64,000 nt of DNA from Treponemataceae bacterium (lineage in GTDB: Bacteria; Spirochaetota; Spirochaetia; Treponematales; Rectinemataceae): assembly GCA_963677895.2 (NCBI GenBank), contig CAXXGJ010000038.1, positions 288,001 to 352,000 of the forward strand, given 5' to 3'. The translations under genes and the position numbers were made by a program. The notes below the pieces were generated by a model, which worked only from the letters and a program-made list of their open reading frames with translations, was not told the origin of the DNA and ran no database searches. This document shows positions 30,201 to 38,402 of this stretch, piece after piece; positions within the stretch are counted from its first letter, which is position 1, and the number at the start of each line of letters is the position of its first letter.

Positions 30201-30404
30201 CCGACTGCAGTAAAAGCGCTGTCGACCAAGACGCCCGCCGTCAAGAAGACGGTCAAGACCGCCGCCAAGGCCGCAGTCAAGACCGCTGTGAAAACAGCAG
30301 CCAAAACTCCGGCTAAAGCAGCCGCGAAGACCAAGAAAACCGCGGCGGCGGTTTCCACGAAACGCCATGTTGGCAGGCCCAAGGGAACGTCCAAGAAATC
30401 ATGA
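27210..30404 (+). CDS. ppdK: Pyruvate, phosphate dikinase with C-terminal Lys/Ala-rich histone-like extension
   Basis: LGGKGAGL, LLVSVRSGA..SMPGM, GGKTSHAAVVAR (phospho-His), EGIGLCRTEHMF, SFGTNDLTQ, GICGEHGG; ATG 27210 after GGAGG. Confidence 0.96.
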   Translation: MAKKKFVYAFGSGIAEGAGMSKDILGGKGAGLMEMTKIGLPVPAGFTISIPSCEEYFKAGRKLPKAIVDEVKTAVIKLEKMVGKKLGDSKDPLLVSVRSGAARSMPGMLETILNLGLNDESVQGLAAVTNNPRFAYDSYRRFIQMYSTTAMGLSKEPMEEMLSEMKSKLGFKNDTELSADNLKELCEEFKAFYKKNKKDDFPQDPMEQLWGAIDAVFNSWEADKSVTYRRVEKITDLKGTAVNVVQMVFGNKGDNSGTGVCFTRDPNSGENVFYGDCLINAQGEDVVAGIRTPMKLAELGTKLPKAYKQLLKVRKTLEKNFKEMQDLEFTIEDEKLYMLQCRTGKRLPSAAFKIAVDMVNEGLITKAEAISRISPEQIEGVFYPIIDVAATGAARLKELKLATGIDAVPGAAAGKLVFNAADAEAMALAGEKTILIRRETSPEDVGGMFAAQGILTATGGKTSHAAVVARGWGKCCIVGCEALDIDEKAKTVKVGGKILKQGDEVTINGTTGDVFISALPLKKPEQTKEFKTLLGWCDEIRTLKVRTNADTPHDAQKAVELGAEGIGLCRTEHMFFKDFKVPANSEKRQLAIQEMIIADDVETRKKALAKLLPFQQGDFEGIFEAMNGKPVTIRLIDPPLHEFTPKDDAGVDKLAKITGKTPEFIRMRCDQLHESNPMLGHRGCRLCITYPEILDMQVTAIIQAAVNMEKKGIKVLPEIMIPLTIDKKEFKILADQTRGVADPIIAKAKSKITYMVGTMIEIPRAALLADEIAEEAEFFSFGTNDLTQMTLGLSRDDAGRFLPDYVKAEKEGGKEIFANDPFVSIDQAGVGKLVKMGIAGGRSTRKNLKVGICGEHGGEAKSVKFCHAAGMNYVSCSPFRVPIARLAAAQAVIEEKAAAKAVKTVKAPAKKASSAAKKVAVKAADVKAKRGRPAAKAEKAMAPAKASKTLKAAKVSKTGAKPAAKAPAKKAIAKKAAVRKTPVKAAVNEVKSTRGRKPTAVKALSTKTPAVKKTVKTAAKAAVKTAVKTAAKTPAKAAAKTKKTAAAVSTKRHVGRPKGTSKKS

Positions 30405-30429
30405 GGCTTGATGGCTCCATGTAGAAACT

Positions 30430-30466
30430 AAAAAAGGGTTGTCCGGAAACGGACAACCCTTTTTTT
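30430..30466. terminator. Bidirectional intrinsic terminator (ppdK / dtd)
   Basis: A6-GGGTTGTCCG-GAAA-CGGACAACCC-T7. Confidence 0.9.
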
Positions 30467-30495
30467 ATTCCGGCGACCTCGCCTCGGCAATTTTC

Positions 30496-30957
30496 CTAAA
30501 AAAGTTTTTTGGAATCGAGGAGGATAGTGATGGGGCCCTCGTTCACGTAGGCGACGCGCATGATTTCCCCGAAGCGGCCTGTCTCGACACGGATTCCCCC
30601 GGCCGAGAGCGATCGGCAAAAATGTTCATAGAGGCTGAAAGCCGCATCGTTTCCGGCCGCGTCGGAGTAAGACGGCCGCCTTCCCTTCCTCGCGTCCGCA
30701 TAGAGGGTGAACTGGGAAACCGCTAAAACCCCATAGCCGAGATCGACGAGGGATAGATTCATTTTTTCCTCATCGTCCATGAATATCCGGAGATGGGCGA
30801 CCTTGTCCGCCAGGTATTCGGCGTCCGTTTCGGAATCGTCCTTGCCCACGCCCAGATACACAAGAAGCCCCTGATCGATGGCTCCGGCGATAGCGACGTT
30901 ATCGGCCTCCCCTATTGTCACGCTCGCCGAGGATACTCTCTGTACGACGGCTCTCAT
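30496..30957 (-). CDS. dtd: D-aminoacyl-tRNA deacylase
   Basis: MRAVVQRV, SQFTL, KGRRPS, NEGPIT; start reassigned to 30957. Confidence 0.95.
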   Translation of the reverse strand: MRAVVQRVSSASVTIGEADNVAIAGAIDQGLLVYLGVGKDDSETDAEYLADKVAHLRIFMDDEEKMNLSLVDLGYGVLAVSQFTLYADARKGRRPSYSDAAGNDAAFSLYEHFCRSLSAGGIRVETGRFGEIMRVAYVNEGPITILLDSKKLF

Positions 30958-31015
30958 CGCTTCGCCCTCTTGGGGAAAGCTTTCGACGCCTTCGCGTTCA
31001 CGATCGGGACGAGAC

Positions 31016-31690
31016 TCAACAGACGGCCCCCTTCCTGTATGCGTTCCGCATGTCGCGGACGACGGAATCCCTGTCTTCGGCATTGAAAAACGCCGAGCCG
31101 ACGACAAGCACCTCGGGACCGGCCTCTGCGACTTCGGCGATGGTCGAAGGGCCTATGCCGCCATCGGCCGAGATCAGGAACTCCAGCTTCATGGAAGAAC
31201 GCATGTCCTTCAGGCGCTTGATTTTCTCCAGGCAGAAAGGAAGGAGCTTCTGTCCCCCATATCCCGGATTAACCGTCATGATGAGGACAAGATCGACGAA
31301 AGGAAGCAGTTCGACAATGGACGACAGCGGGGTGGAGGGAACGATCGAAAGACCTGCCTTTTTTCCGCACTCCCGAATGGTCTGGATCGCGCGATGCGCA
31401 TGGACGCATGCCTCCGCGTGGAAGGTAATGATGTCGGCGCCGGCTTCGGCGAATTCCGTAATCATCCGTTCCGGCTCTTCCGTCATGAGATGAACATCGA
31501 GGGGGAGCGTTGTTCGGGCGCGGATATCCGATACCATCTTCGCGCCGAAGGTGATGGGCGGCACAAAACGCCCATCCATTACGTCCAGGTGAATCCAGTC
31601 CGCTCCGGAACGCCTCACGGCTTCAAGGCCGGAAGAAATGTCCGTAAAATCGGCGGAAAGGATGGAGGGAGCGATCAAAGGAAAATTCAT
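31016..31690 (-). CDS. rpe: Ribulose-phosphate 3-epimerase
   Basis: IAPSILSADF, HLDVMDGRFVP, DVHLM, MTVNPGYGGQ, DGGI. Confidence 0.97.
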   Translation of the reverse strand: MNFPLIAPSILSADFTDISSGLEAVRRSGADWIHLDVMDGRFVPPITFGAKMVSDIRARTTLPLDVHLMTEEPERMITEFAEAGADIITFHAEACVHAHRAIQTIRECGKKAGLSIVPSTPLSSIVELLPFVDLVLIMTVNPGYGGQKLLPFCLEKIKRLKDMRSSMKLEFLISADGGIGPSTIAEVAEAGPEVLVVGSAFFNAEDRDSVVRDMRNAYRKGAVC

Positions 31691-31841
31691 ATCTGAATAG
31701 TAACATCATGGCCCGCAATTTTCCACCGGTTTTCTTTCCGTGAATTCATCCATCCTTCAACGAAAGCACGAAATCCTATCAACGATTGACTCTTTCCGCA
31801 ACGATGGGTTAGTATGAAAAGATAGTGATGTTCGGAACTGG

Positions 31842-32786
31842 ATGTACATGGTAAATCTAGATCGCGTCCCTTCGCTTCTGGCACTGGGATATGAATGCCT
31901 CAAGAACGCCGATCTCGGCAACGCTTCACGATTTTTCGACGAAGCGCTTTATGAGGATTTTGACAACGGCGAGGTCCTTTTTTCCATGAAGTGCGCCCAG
32001 TTCTGGCGCGAACGAATCGATGAGGCGGGCCTATTGGAGACGCCGCTTCTGAAAGGCGACCAGATCGTGGCGAGGTGGAAGACCTTCCAGTCTTTTCTCT
32101 CTAGGATCACCGGCGATTTCGAGATGGCGAAATACGCTTTCAGACGTATGGCCTTCAGCGTGGCCTTGGATTTTTTCCTGGCCATTCCCGATGAGGAAAA
32201 GACGGCCCTCGGTGCCGAATTCGATTTCCGTCTGGGAAGATGCAGGAAAGCGCTGGGCGATTACGAGACGGCTCAACAGCATCTTGAGCGGGCGGTGAAG
32301 TGCAGGAAGGATGAAGCGCGCTATCTGGCTGAACTGGCCGACTGCCACGCTCTTTCCGGAGAGCATCGCCAATCCAAGGTTCTTTTTCGGGAGGCTTTTT
32401 TTATTGGCCCCGACAAGATAGACCTCGAGTTGCTGGAATCCGATACGATCCACAAACTCGTCGAAATAGCGAAGGGAAAGGGATTTCCGGAAAAGGAAGT
32501 TCCTGAATGGATTCCGGTCTATGGCGAACTCACCGGTCTGTTCGGGGTAAAGCGCGAACTGGGCCCTTCGGAAAGCTCGCGGCTCAATTCTTCCATGTTC
32601 CAGCTGGAGAACGATCTCCGCGAGAATCCCGCGATGAGCGCCACGCTGAAGCCTCGCCTTCTGAACCGATATTTCTGGATTCTGGATCATTACGAGGCGT
32701 CCGGCGCCGAAAAGGCGCGGAGCGAAAAAATATTGCTGAAAATCCGGCTGCTCGATGAGGATATCTTCAAGCAGTATGTATCATAG
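31842..32786 (+). CDS. TPR-like hypothetical protein upstream of greA
   Basis: TPR-like helices (LGRCRKALGDYETA..HLERA); TTGACT-N18-TAGTAT upstream (31786-31815). Confidence 0.7.
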   Translation: MYMVNLDRVPSLLALGYECLKNADLGNASRFFDEALYEDFDNGEVLFSMKCAQFWRERIDEAGLLETPLLKGDQIVARWKTFQSFLSRITGDFEMAKYAFRRMAFSVALDFFLAIPDEEKTALGAEFDFRLGRCRKALGDYETAQQHLERAVKCRKDEARYLAELADCHALSGEHRQSKVLFREAFFIGPDKIDLELLESDTIHKLVEIAKGKGFPEKEVPEWIPVYGELTGLFGVKRELGPSESSRLNSSMFQLENDLRENPAMSATLKPRLLNRYFWILDHYEASGAEKARSEKILLKIRLLDEDIFKQYVS

Positions 32787-32799
32787 AGAGGAGAACGCT

Positions 32800-35484
32800 A
32801 TGGCAGAAACCCAGCTTGCTGGCAAAGTGCAAGAAATGCTCAACGAAGAGAAATGGACGAGATCGACGCTCCAGAACTATTCCGTCAACAGCCTGAAAGA
32901 GCTGGATGCACTTATCGAAGAGGCCGAAGCGAGCTCTGCCGTAGAAGAACTTTTCCAGGTTTGCGACGAACATCTCACGCAGACGAAGAGCAGCGTCATC
33001 GCTCTCTATGTGGCCGGAATCATCGCCCTGCGCAAGCAGCCTTCCGACGAATCCTACCTTTCGCAGCTCATGGATCTTTTCGCTGAAGGCAAACGCACGA
33101 ACATCGTCGAGTTCGTATGCCTGAGGATTCTCGATTACGGCGAGAACAGGATCGCCCTGGCCCGCCTCGCGGAATGCTATGAGAGCGACGAGAAAACCGA
33201 AGAGCGTTATGCGACCTGGGAAAGGCTCATCAAGATAGACTACGAGGAAGCGGACATCGTCAAGATGATCGCCGAGCGCAAAGACAAGCTCGGGCTTCGC
33301 GAAGACGCGATCGACTTCTACAAGAAAGCTCTCCTGCGCTACATCAACAAGGGTCTGCCCACCAACGTGCGCGAGATATGGCTCAAGCTTGTCGATTATT
33401 GTCCCGAGGACATCGATTATTTCTTCCATGTCCAGAAAAAAATCGCCTCTGTGATTTCCCCGGACAAGGCCGCCATGCTGCTCATGGACCTCTACGCGAA
33501 CTACAAGGCTAAAAAGGAATGGAGCACGGCCCTCGATATCCTGAAGCTGGTCATCGATTACGACGAGAAAAATCCCGCCATGCGCAAAGAACTCATCGAG
33601 TGCTATTCGGGCAAGTACGCCGGGCACTCCAGGCTCCAGGATTATCTCAAACTCTCCAATATCAACCAATCATACCGCGCCCTGCATGAAGCGATGGACG
33701 ATTTCGAAAAGCACATCGTATTCGACGTTGGCAACTTCGTCTTTCACAGAACCTGGAACATCGGCCGCATCGCTGTAGTCAAGGGTGACGAGGTCACCAT
33801 CGATTTCGCGAAGTCCAGAGGGCATAAGATGTCCCTGAAGATGGCCATCGACAGCCTCATGCCTCTTTCCAAGGATCATATTTGGGTGCTCAAGGCTATC
33901 TGGCCCAAGGATAAGCTTCGCGAGAAGATTAAGACCGATATCGTCTGGACGCTCAAGAACATCATAAAGAGCTTCGACAACAAGGCAGAACTGAAGCGCG
34001 TAAAGGCCGAACTCGTGCCCGCCGTCCTCACCGCCAGCGAATGGAACAGCTGGAGCGCCAAGGCCAAGGAAATTCTCAAGACCGACGCTTCCTTCGGCAA
34101 CGCCGCCGACGATATCTCGACCTTCATCGTCAGGGACAGGCCTCTATCCTACGAGGAAAAAGTCTACATCCAGTTCAAGGCCGAGAAGAATTACTTCGAC
34201 CGCGTCGTGTATTTCAGGGATTACATCGAGACCAACGATTTTGATTCGGATTATTTCTCTGAGATGCTCACCTATTTCCAGAGCTTCCTCAAATCCTACC
34301 AGTCGGTGGATGAGCACGTCATCGCCTCCTACCTCCTCCTGAAGGAACTCGCGACTAAGTACCCGAGACTCCAGCAGGGCGTTCAGATCAAGTTCGCCGA
34401 TCTTTTCGCCCAGATAGACAATCCCCTGGCCATATACCTGAACCTCAAGGACAGCGATCTCAGGAACGCCTATATCCTGCACATCAAGAACTTCATCCCC
34501 AGCTGGCCGGAAATCTATATCAAGCTGCTGCCCTATGCCCGTTCCATGCGCATGCTCGACGCGCTCAAGACCGCTGGACATTCAGCCAAGCTCAAGAAGA
34601 TGGGCATGGACATCGTCGAGAACTACAAGGACTACCGGGAAGCCTTCATCTGGCTCATCAAGGATCTCCGCGAGGAGCCCTGGTTCGCCGAACTCGGCAT
34701 CGTGTACGAAAAGATACTCCTCACCCTTCTCCATATCCTCGACATCACGTTCAAGGAAATCGACAACCACAAGGACACCTCGGAAAACCGCAAGGTCAAC
34801 AGGCTGGTCCAGAACATCCTCTTCAAGGAAAACGTGCTCGAGAAGTTCCTCCTCGAGACCAACATTGAAACCACGGAGCGCGTCTACGCCCTCCTCATGG
34901 ACATCAAGGAAGTGGATCCCGCGATCAAGCTGAGCATCAAGCACAAGATTTCCGAGAAGTATCCCAACCTCCGCTTCTTCGGCGAAGAGGAAAAGCTCAC
35001 CGTCTCGCGCGGGCTCATCGTCACTTCGGAAAAATATTCGGAAAAGCAGAAGCTCCTTCAGTCGATCATGGAAGTGGACGTGCCGCTGAACCAGAAGGAA
35101 ATCGCCTTCGCCCTGTCCCTGGGAGATCTGCGCGAAAACGCCGAATACAAGGCCTCCAAGGAGAAGCAGGACGAGCTGAACGCCAAGGTCGGCAAGCTCA
35201 AGAATGAGCTGGAAAAAGCCCAGATCTTCGACAAATCCACGATCACGACCACGAAGATTTCCTTCGGGACGAAGGCGACGCTCGCCAACGAACTGACGGG
35301 CGAAAAGGAATACTACACGATCCTCGGCCCCTGGGAATCAGACCCGGCCAAGGACATCATTTCATACCTCTCGCCCCTCGGCAAAAAACTCTTCAACCAT
35401 AAAGTGGGAGAGCGCCTGACCTTCGCGATACACGACAGGAAGTTCCAGTATCTCATCGAGAGCATCGAAGTGGCTGATCTTTGA
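32800..35484 (+). CDS. greA: Transcription elongation factor GreA, long spirochaete form
   Basis: C-terminal GDLRENAEY, TILGPWESD, ISYLSPLG; about 740-aa N-terminal extension; ATG 32800 after GAGGAG. Confidence 0.9.
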   Translation: MAETQLAGKVQEMLNEEKWTRSTLQNYSVNSLKELDALIEEAEASSAVEELFQVCDEHLTQTKSSVIALYVAGIIALRKQPSDESYLSQLMDLFAEGKRTNIVEFVCLRILDYGENRIALARLAECYESDEKTEERYATWERLIKIDYEEADIVKMIAERKDKLGLREDAIDFYKKALLRYINKGLPTNVREIWLKLVDYCPEDIDYFFHVQKKIASVISPDKAAMLLMDLYANYKAKKEWSTALDILKLVIDYDEKNPAMRKELIECYSGKYAGHSRLQDYLKLSNINQSYRALHEAMDDFEKHIVFDVGNFVFHRTWNIGRIAVVKGDEVTIDFAKSRGHKMSLKMAIDSLMPLSKDHIWVLKAIWPKDKLREKIKTDIVWTLKNIIKSFDNKAELKRVKAELVPAVLTASEWNSWSAKAKEILKTDASFGNAADDISTFIVRDRPLSYEEKVYIQFKAEKNYFDRVVYFRDYIETNDFDSDYFSEMLTYFQSFLKSYQSVDEHVIASYLLLKELATKYPRLQQGVQIKFADLFAQIDNPLAIYLNLKDSDLRNAYILHIKNFIPSWPEIYIKLLPYARSMRMLDALKTAGHSAKLKKMGMDIVENYKDYREAFIWLIKDLREEPWFAELGIVYEKILLTLLHILDITFKEIDNHKDTSENRKVNRLVQNILFKENVLEKFLLETNIETTERVYALLMDIKEVDPAIKLSIKHKISEKYPNLRFFGEEEKLTVSRGLIVTSEKYSEKQKLLQSIMEVDVPLNQKEIAFALSLGDLRENAEYKASKEKQDELNAKVGKLKNELEKAQIFDKSTITTTKISFGTKATLANELTGEKEYYTILGPWESDPAKDIISYLSPLGKKLFNHKVGERLTFAIHDRKFQYLIESIEVADL

Positions 35485-35544
35485 TAGCCGCGAAACCGCT
35501 CGAGTTAGCCGAACCGAACCGATAGGCCCGGGAGCCGATTCAAT

Positions 35545-35572
35545 AAAAAAGCCGCTGAAAAGCGGCTTTTTT
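35545..35572. terminator. Bidirectional intrinsic terminator (greA / nlpC)
   Basis: A6-GCCGCT-GAAA-AGCGGC-T6. Confidence 0.88.
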
Positions 35573-36162
35573 CATATTTTGAGCCGGCGGACCCCGTAGA
35601 GCCTTGCGCTCCAGTTGCCCTCATAGAGGCTGGAGATGATGACGCCCGTCCTAGCCCCCTCCGACGCTGAATGGATGAAGGTGCTCGCGCTCAGGGCGAA
35701 GCCCACATGATAGATCGCCTGATCGTAGGCGAACAGAAGGATATCGCCAGGTTCGATCGTCGCGGTTTTCTCGCCTACGGTCGAGTACTCGTCGCTGCGC
35801 CTCGGGAAGGGTCCTAGCTTCGGCACGGCCGCGTAGAGCACCCTGGAGACGAACCCCGAACAGTCGACCCCGGAACGGGAGGAACCGCCAAGCTGGTAGG
35901 GCGTCCCGAGCCAGGCCAGCGCCCCCGCGATGAGGGAAAGCCCATCCACAGCCGCCTCGTCGGGCAGGATAGTCCCCGTCTTGCCTACCTCCTCGCGGGG
36001 CTCGTTGAAATCGAGGCCCCTGACGGGCGGCAGCAGGTTGGAAATATCCACAATGGGAGGAGAAGCCGCCGACGGCAATTCCTGCGCATGTCCGTTGCCG
36101 AAGATGGGCCAGAACGCCAGCAGAAGGACGGCGACGCTCCGCTTAATTCTCATCCTCGACAC
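35572..36162 (-). CDS. NlpC/P60 (C40) cell-wall peptidase
   Basis: Signal peptide; LGTPY.LGG, DCSGF, YHVG, FIHSAS catalytic motifs. Confidence 0.9.
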   Translation of the reverse strand: MSRMRIKRSVAVLLLAFWPIFGNGHAQELPSAASPPIVDISNLLPPVRGLDFNEPREEVGKTGTILPDEAAVDGLSLIAGALAWLGTPYQLGGSSRSGVDCSGFVSRVLYAAVPKLGPFPRRSDEYSTVGEKTATIEPGDILLFAYDQAIYHVGFALSASTFIHSASEGARTGVIISSLYEGNWSARLYGVRRLKI

Positions 36163-37300
36163 TCTTCTGTCCTGAGTAACGCTTAAGGAATTCGGCGCGG
36201 AAGGCCTCGAACCGATCCTGAAGGATGGCGAGCCTGATGCTGCGCACGAGATCGCCGAGGAAATGGAGATTATGTCTTGTAGCGAGTATTGAATAGAGGA
36301 TTTCCCCGTTCCGGTACAGATGGCGCAGATAGGCCCTCGAATGATTGAGGCAGACCGGGCAGGAGCACTCAGGATCTATGGGGGAGAAGTCGTGCTCATA
36401 GACCGCTTTCTTGATGACGATCTGTCCGGCTGAAGTGAATAAAAGGCCATTGCGCGCGGTTCTGGTGGGGTACACGCAATCGAAGACGTCTATGCCGTTG
36501 CGGACTGCCTCCAGTATGTAATCGGGCGTTCCTATGCCCATCAGGTAACGCGGTTTGTCCGAGGGGAGGAGAGCCGCCGTATGCTCGAGCATTTCATTGA
36601 AGACTTCTTTGGGTTCGCCCACTGAGAGTCCGCCTATGGCGATGCCGGGGAGATCCAGCTCGGCGATCCGCTCGACGCTTTCCTGCCTGAGGGCTTTGTA
36701 GAAATTGCCCTGGACGATGCCGAAGAGCTTCCCCTGGTAGCCATCCTCGTCCCTCGCCTTCTCCCAGGCCGTCTTGGCGCGGCGCGCCCAGGCATGGGTG
36801 AGGTCCATGTCCTTCTGCGCTTTCTTCTCATCCTCGCCCCAGGGCGAGCAGATATCCAGCTGCATCTGTATATCCGAATTGAAAGCCGTCTGGACTTCCA
36901 CCACCTTTTCGGGGCTCAGAAAATGGCTGGAGCCGTCTATGTGCGAGCGGAATTTCACGCCTTCCTCGGTTATCTTCCTGAGCGGAGAGAGCGAAAACAC
37001 CTGGAAGCCGCCCGAGTCGGTGAGGAAGTTGCCCTTCCAGCCCGAAAAACCATGCAGCCCTCCGGCGGCCTTGATGAGTTCGTGGCCGGGCCTGAGATAG
37101 AGGTGATAGGTATTGGCGAGGATTATCTTAAAACCCATGGCCTGCAGGTCTTCCGGCGGAACTGCCTTCACCGTCGCGTTGGTACCCACGGGCATGAAAG
37201 CGGGAGTCTGGACAATCCCATGAGGAAGATGGATCTCACCGGTCCTTGCCCGCGAACCCGAGTCCCTGTGCCCTTCGACGAATATTCGGGAATTGATCAT
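36143..37300 (-). CDS. tgt: tRNA-guanine transglycosylase
   Basis: TPAFMPVGT, NTYHL, TDSGGFQVFSL, GIVQG, GGLSVGE, C.C..C Zn site. Confidence 0.97.
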   Translation of the reverse strand: MINSRIFVEGHRDSGSRARTGEIHLPHGIVQTPAFMPVGTNATVKAVPPEDLQAMGFKIILANTYHLYLRPGHELIKAAGGLHGFSGWKGNFLTDSGGFQVFSLSPLRKITEEGVKFRSHIDGSSHFLSPEKVVEVQTAFNSDIQMQLDICSPWGEDEKKAQKDMDLTHAWARRAKTAWEKARDEDGYQGKLFGIVQGNFYKALRQESVERIAELDLPGIAIGGLSVGEPKEVFNEMLEHTAALLPSDKPRYLMGIGTPDYILEAVRNGIDVFDCVYPTRTARNGLLFTSAGQIVIKKAVYEHDFSPIDPECSCPVCLNHSRAYLRHLYRNGEILYSILATRHNLHFLGDLVRSIRLAILQDRFEAFRAEFLKRYSGQKSVEDEN

Positions 37301-37310
37301 TCGCGATCCT

Positions 37311-38402
37311 TTATGTTTTAGCTTTCAGATAGCCCAGCGTCGAGACGACGATGAAGGCGACGGTAACGCTCCAGATGCCGAAACCGGGCGAAACCCAGCC
37401 GGTCTTGGATGAAAGCGCGCCGAGCATCTGAGCGACATAATATACCGTGGCGGTGTTGAGGCTGAAAAGGAGGCTCATCAGCAGCGAGTTCTTCCTGAAA
37501 AGCCCGGCGAAGGCGATGGAAAGCCCATAGACGATAAAAGGCGTGAAGATAAGGGAAAATCGCTTGTGGTATTCGGTTTGCGCCTCAACGGAGGGCAGTC
37601 CGGAATCCCGGAGCACCCTGATGTAAGACGCGAGTTCGGCGGTTTTCATGAGAGGGGGCTTTTCCCTCAATATTCCGAAGGAATCGGGTCCCTCGTTCAG
37701 GTCAGGGCGGGAATAATCAGCCTCGGTCTTTTCCGTCCATCCACCCGATGCCTGCCGGAAAAATATCCTCGCTTCCTGGAATTTCCAGCTCTCCCCCGTC
37801 CAGTCGGCGCGCGGCGACTGAATTCTAGCGAGGAACTCGCCCGAAGCATTCCTCTCGATAATATCTACATCCACGATTCTTTTGGCCGTGGGATCGTAGT
37901 ATCCCACCCTGTAAACGAAGGAGCCTCCATCGGCCATGATCGTGATGTCCGATATCTGGCTGCCCTGCCCCTTTTGCCCTGTCATCGTCCTGAAGAGGCG
38001 GTCGCGCTCCGCCGAGGCCGGAATCGTAACCATGTCGTTCGCGACGAACATGGTTCCCGCCATGATGGCGGAAAAAGCCAGTATGGGAAGGCTCAGGCTC
38101 TGCACGCTGATGCCCGAACCCCAGACGACGAGCAGTTCTCCGTCGGCATGCATCTCGGCGAGGCTCAGGGTGATGCCGAAGAGGTAGGCGATGGGAAGCA
38201 CTTCCGTGACATGGGCGGGAATTCCGGCGGCGAGCCAGACAAGGATGCCGCCAAGGGGAGCGTCCATGGCCAGAAGGCGCCACATGGAGGAGAAGAGATC
38301 GGCGAGCATCATTATCCCGACCAAAAAGGCTTCACCGCCCAAAAAGCGCAGCATGGTCTGCCTGAAGAGAAGTCGCCGCAGGAGTCTGGGACCGGTTCTC
38401 AT
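37311..38402 (-). CDS. lptG: LptF/LptG-family permease (LptG-like)
   Basis: LP.A..............GEL....SGIS motif, 3+3 TMs around a periplasmic domain; start reassigned to 38402 (4-nt overlap with the upstream gene). Confidence 0.8.
   Translation of the reverse strand: MRTGPRLLRRLLFRQTMLRFLGGEAFLVGIMMLADLFSSMWRLLAMDAPLGGILVWLAAGIPAHVTEVLPIAYLFGITLSLAEMHADGELLVVWGSGISVQSLSLPILAFSAIMAGTMFVANDMVTIPASAERDRLFRTMTGQKGQGSQISDITIMADGGSFVYRVGYYDPTAKRIVDVDIIERNASGEFLARIQSPRADWTGESWKFQEARIFFRQASGGWTEKTEADYSRPDLNEGPDSFGILREKPPLMKTAELASYIRVLRDSGLPSVEAQTEYHKRFSLIFTPFIVYGLSIAFAGLFRKNSLLMSLLFSLNTATVYYVAQMLGALSSKTGWVSPGFGIWSVTVAFIVVSTLGYLKAKT

Noticed and set aside
29825..30394. Hydrophobic 189-aa minus-strand ORF resembling a membrane protein
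   Set aside because: Mirror of the Lys/Ala codons of the PPDK tail (AAA/AAG read as TTT/CTT); it lies beyond the bidirectional terminator.
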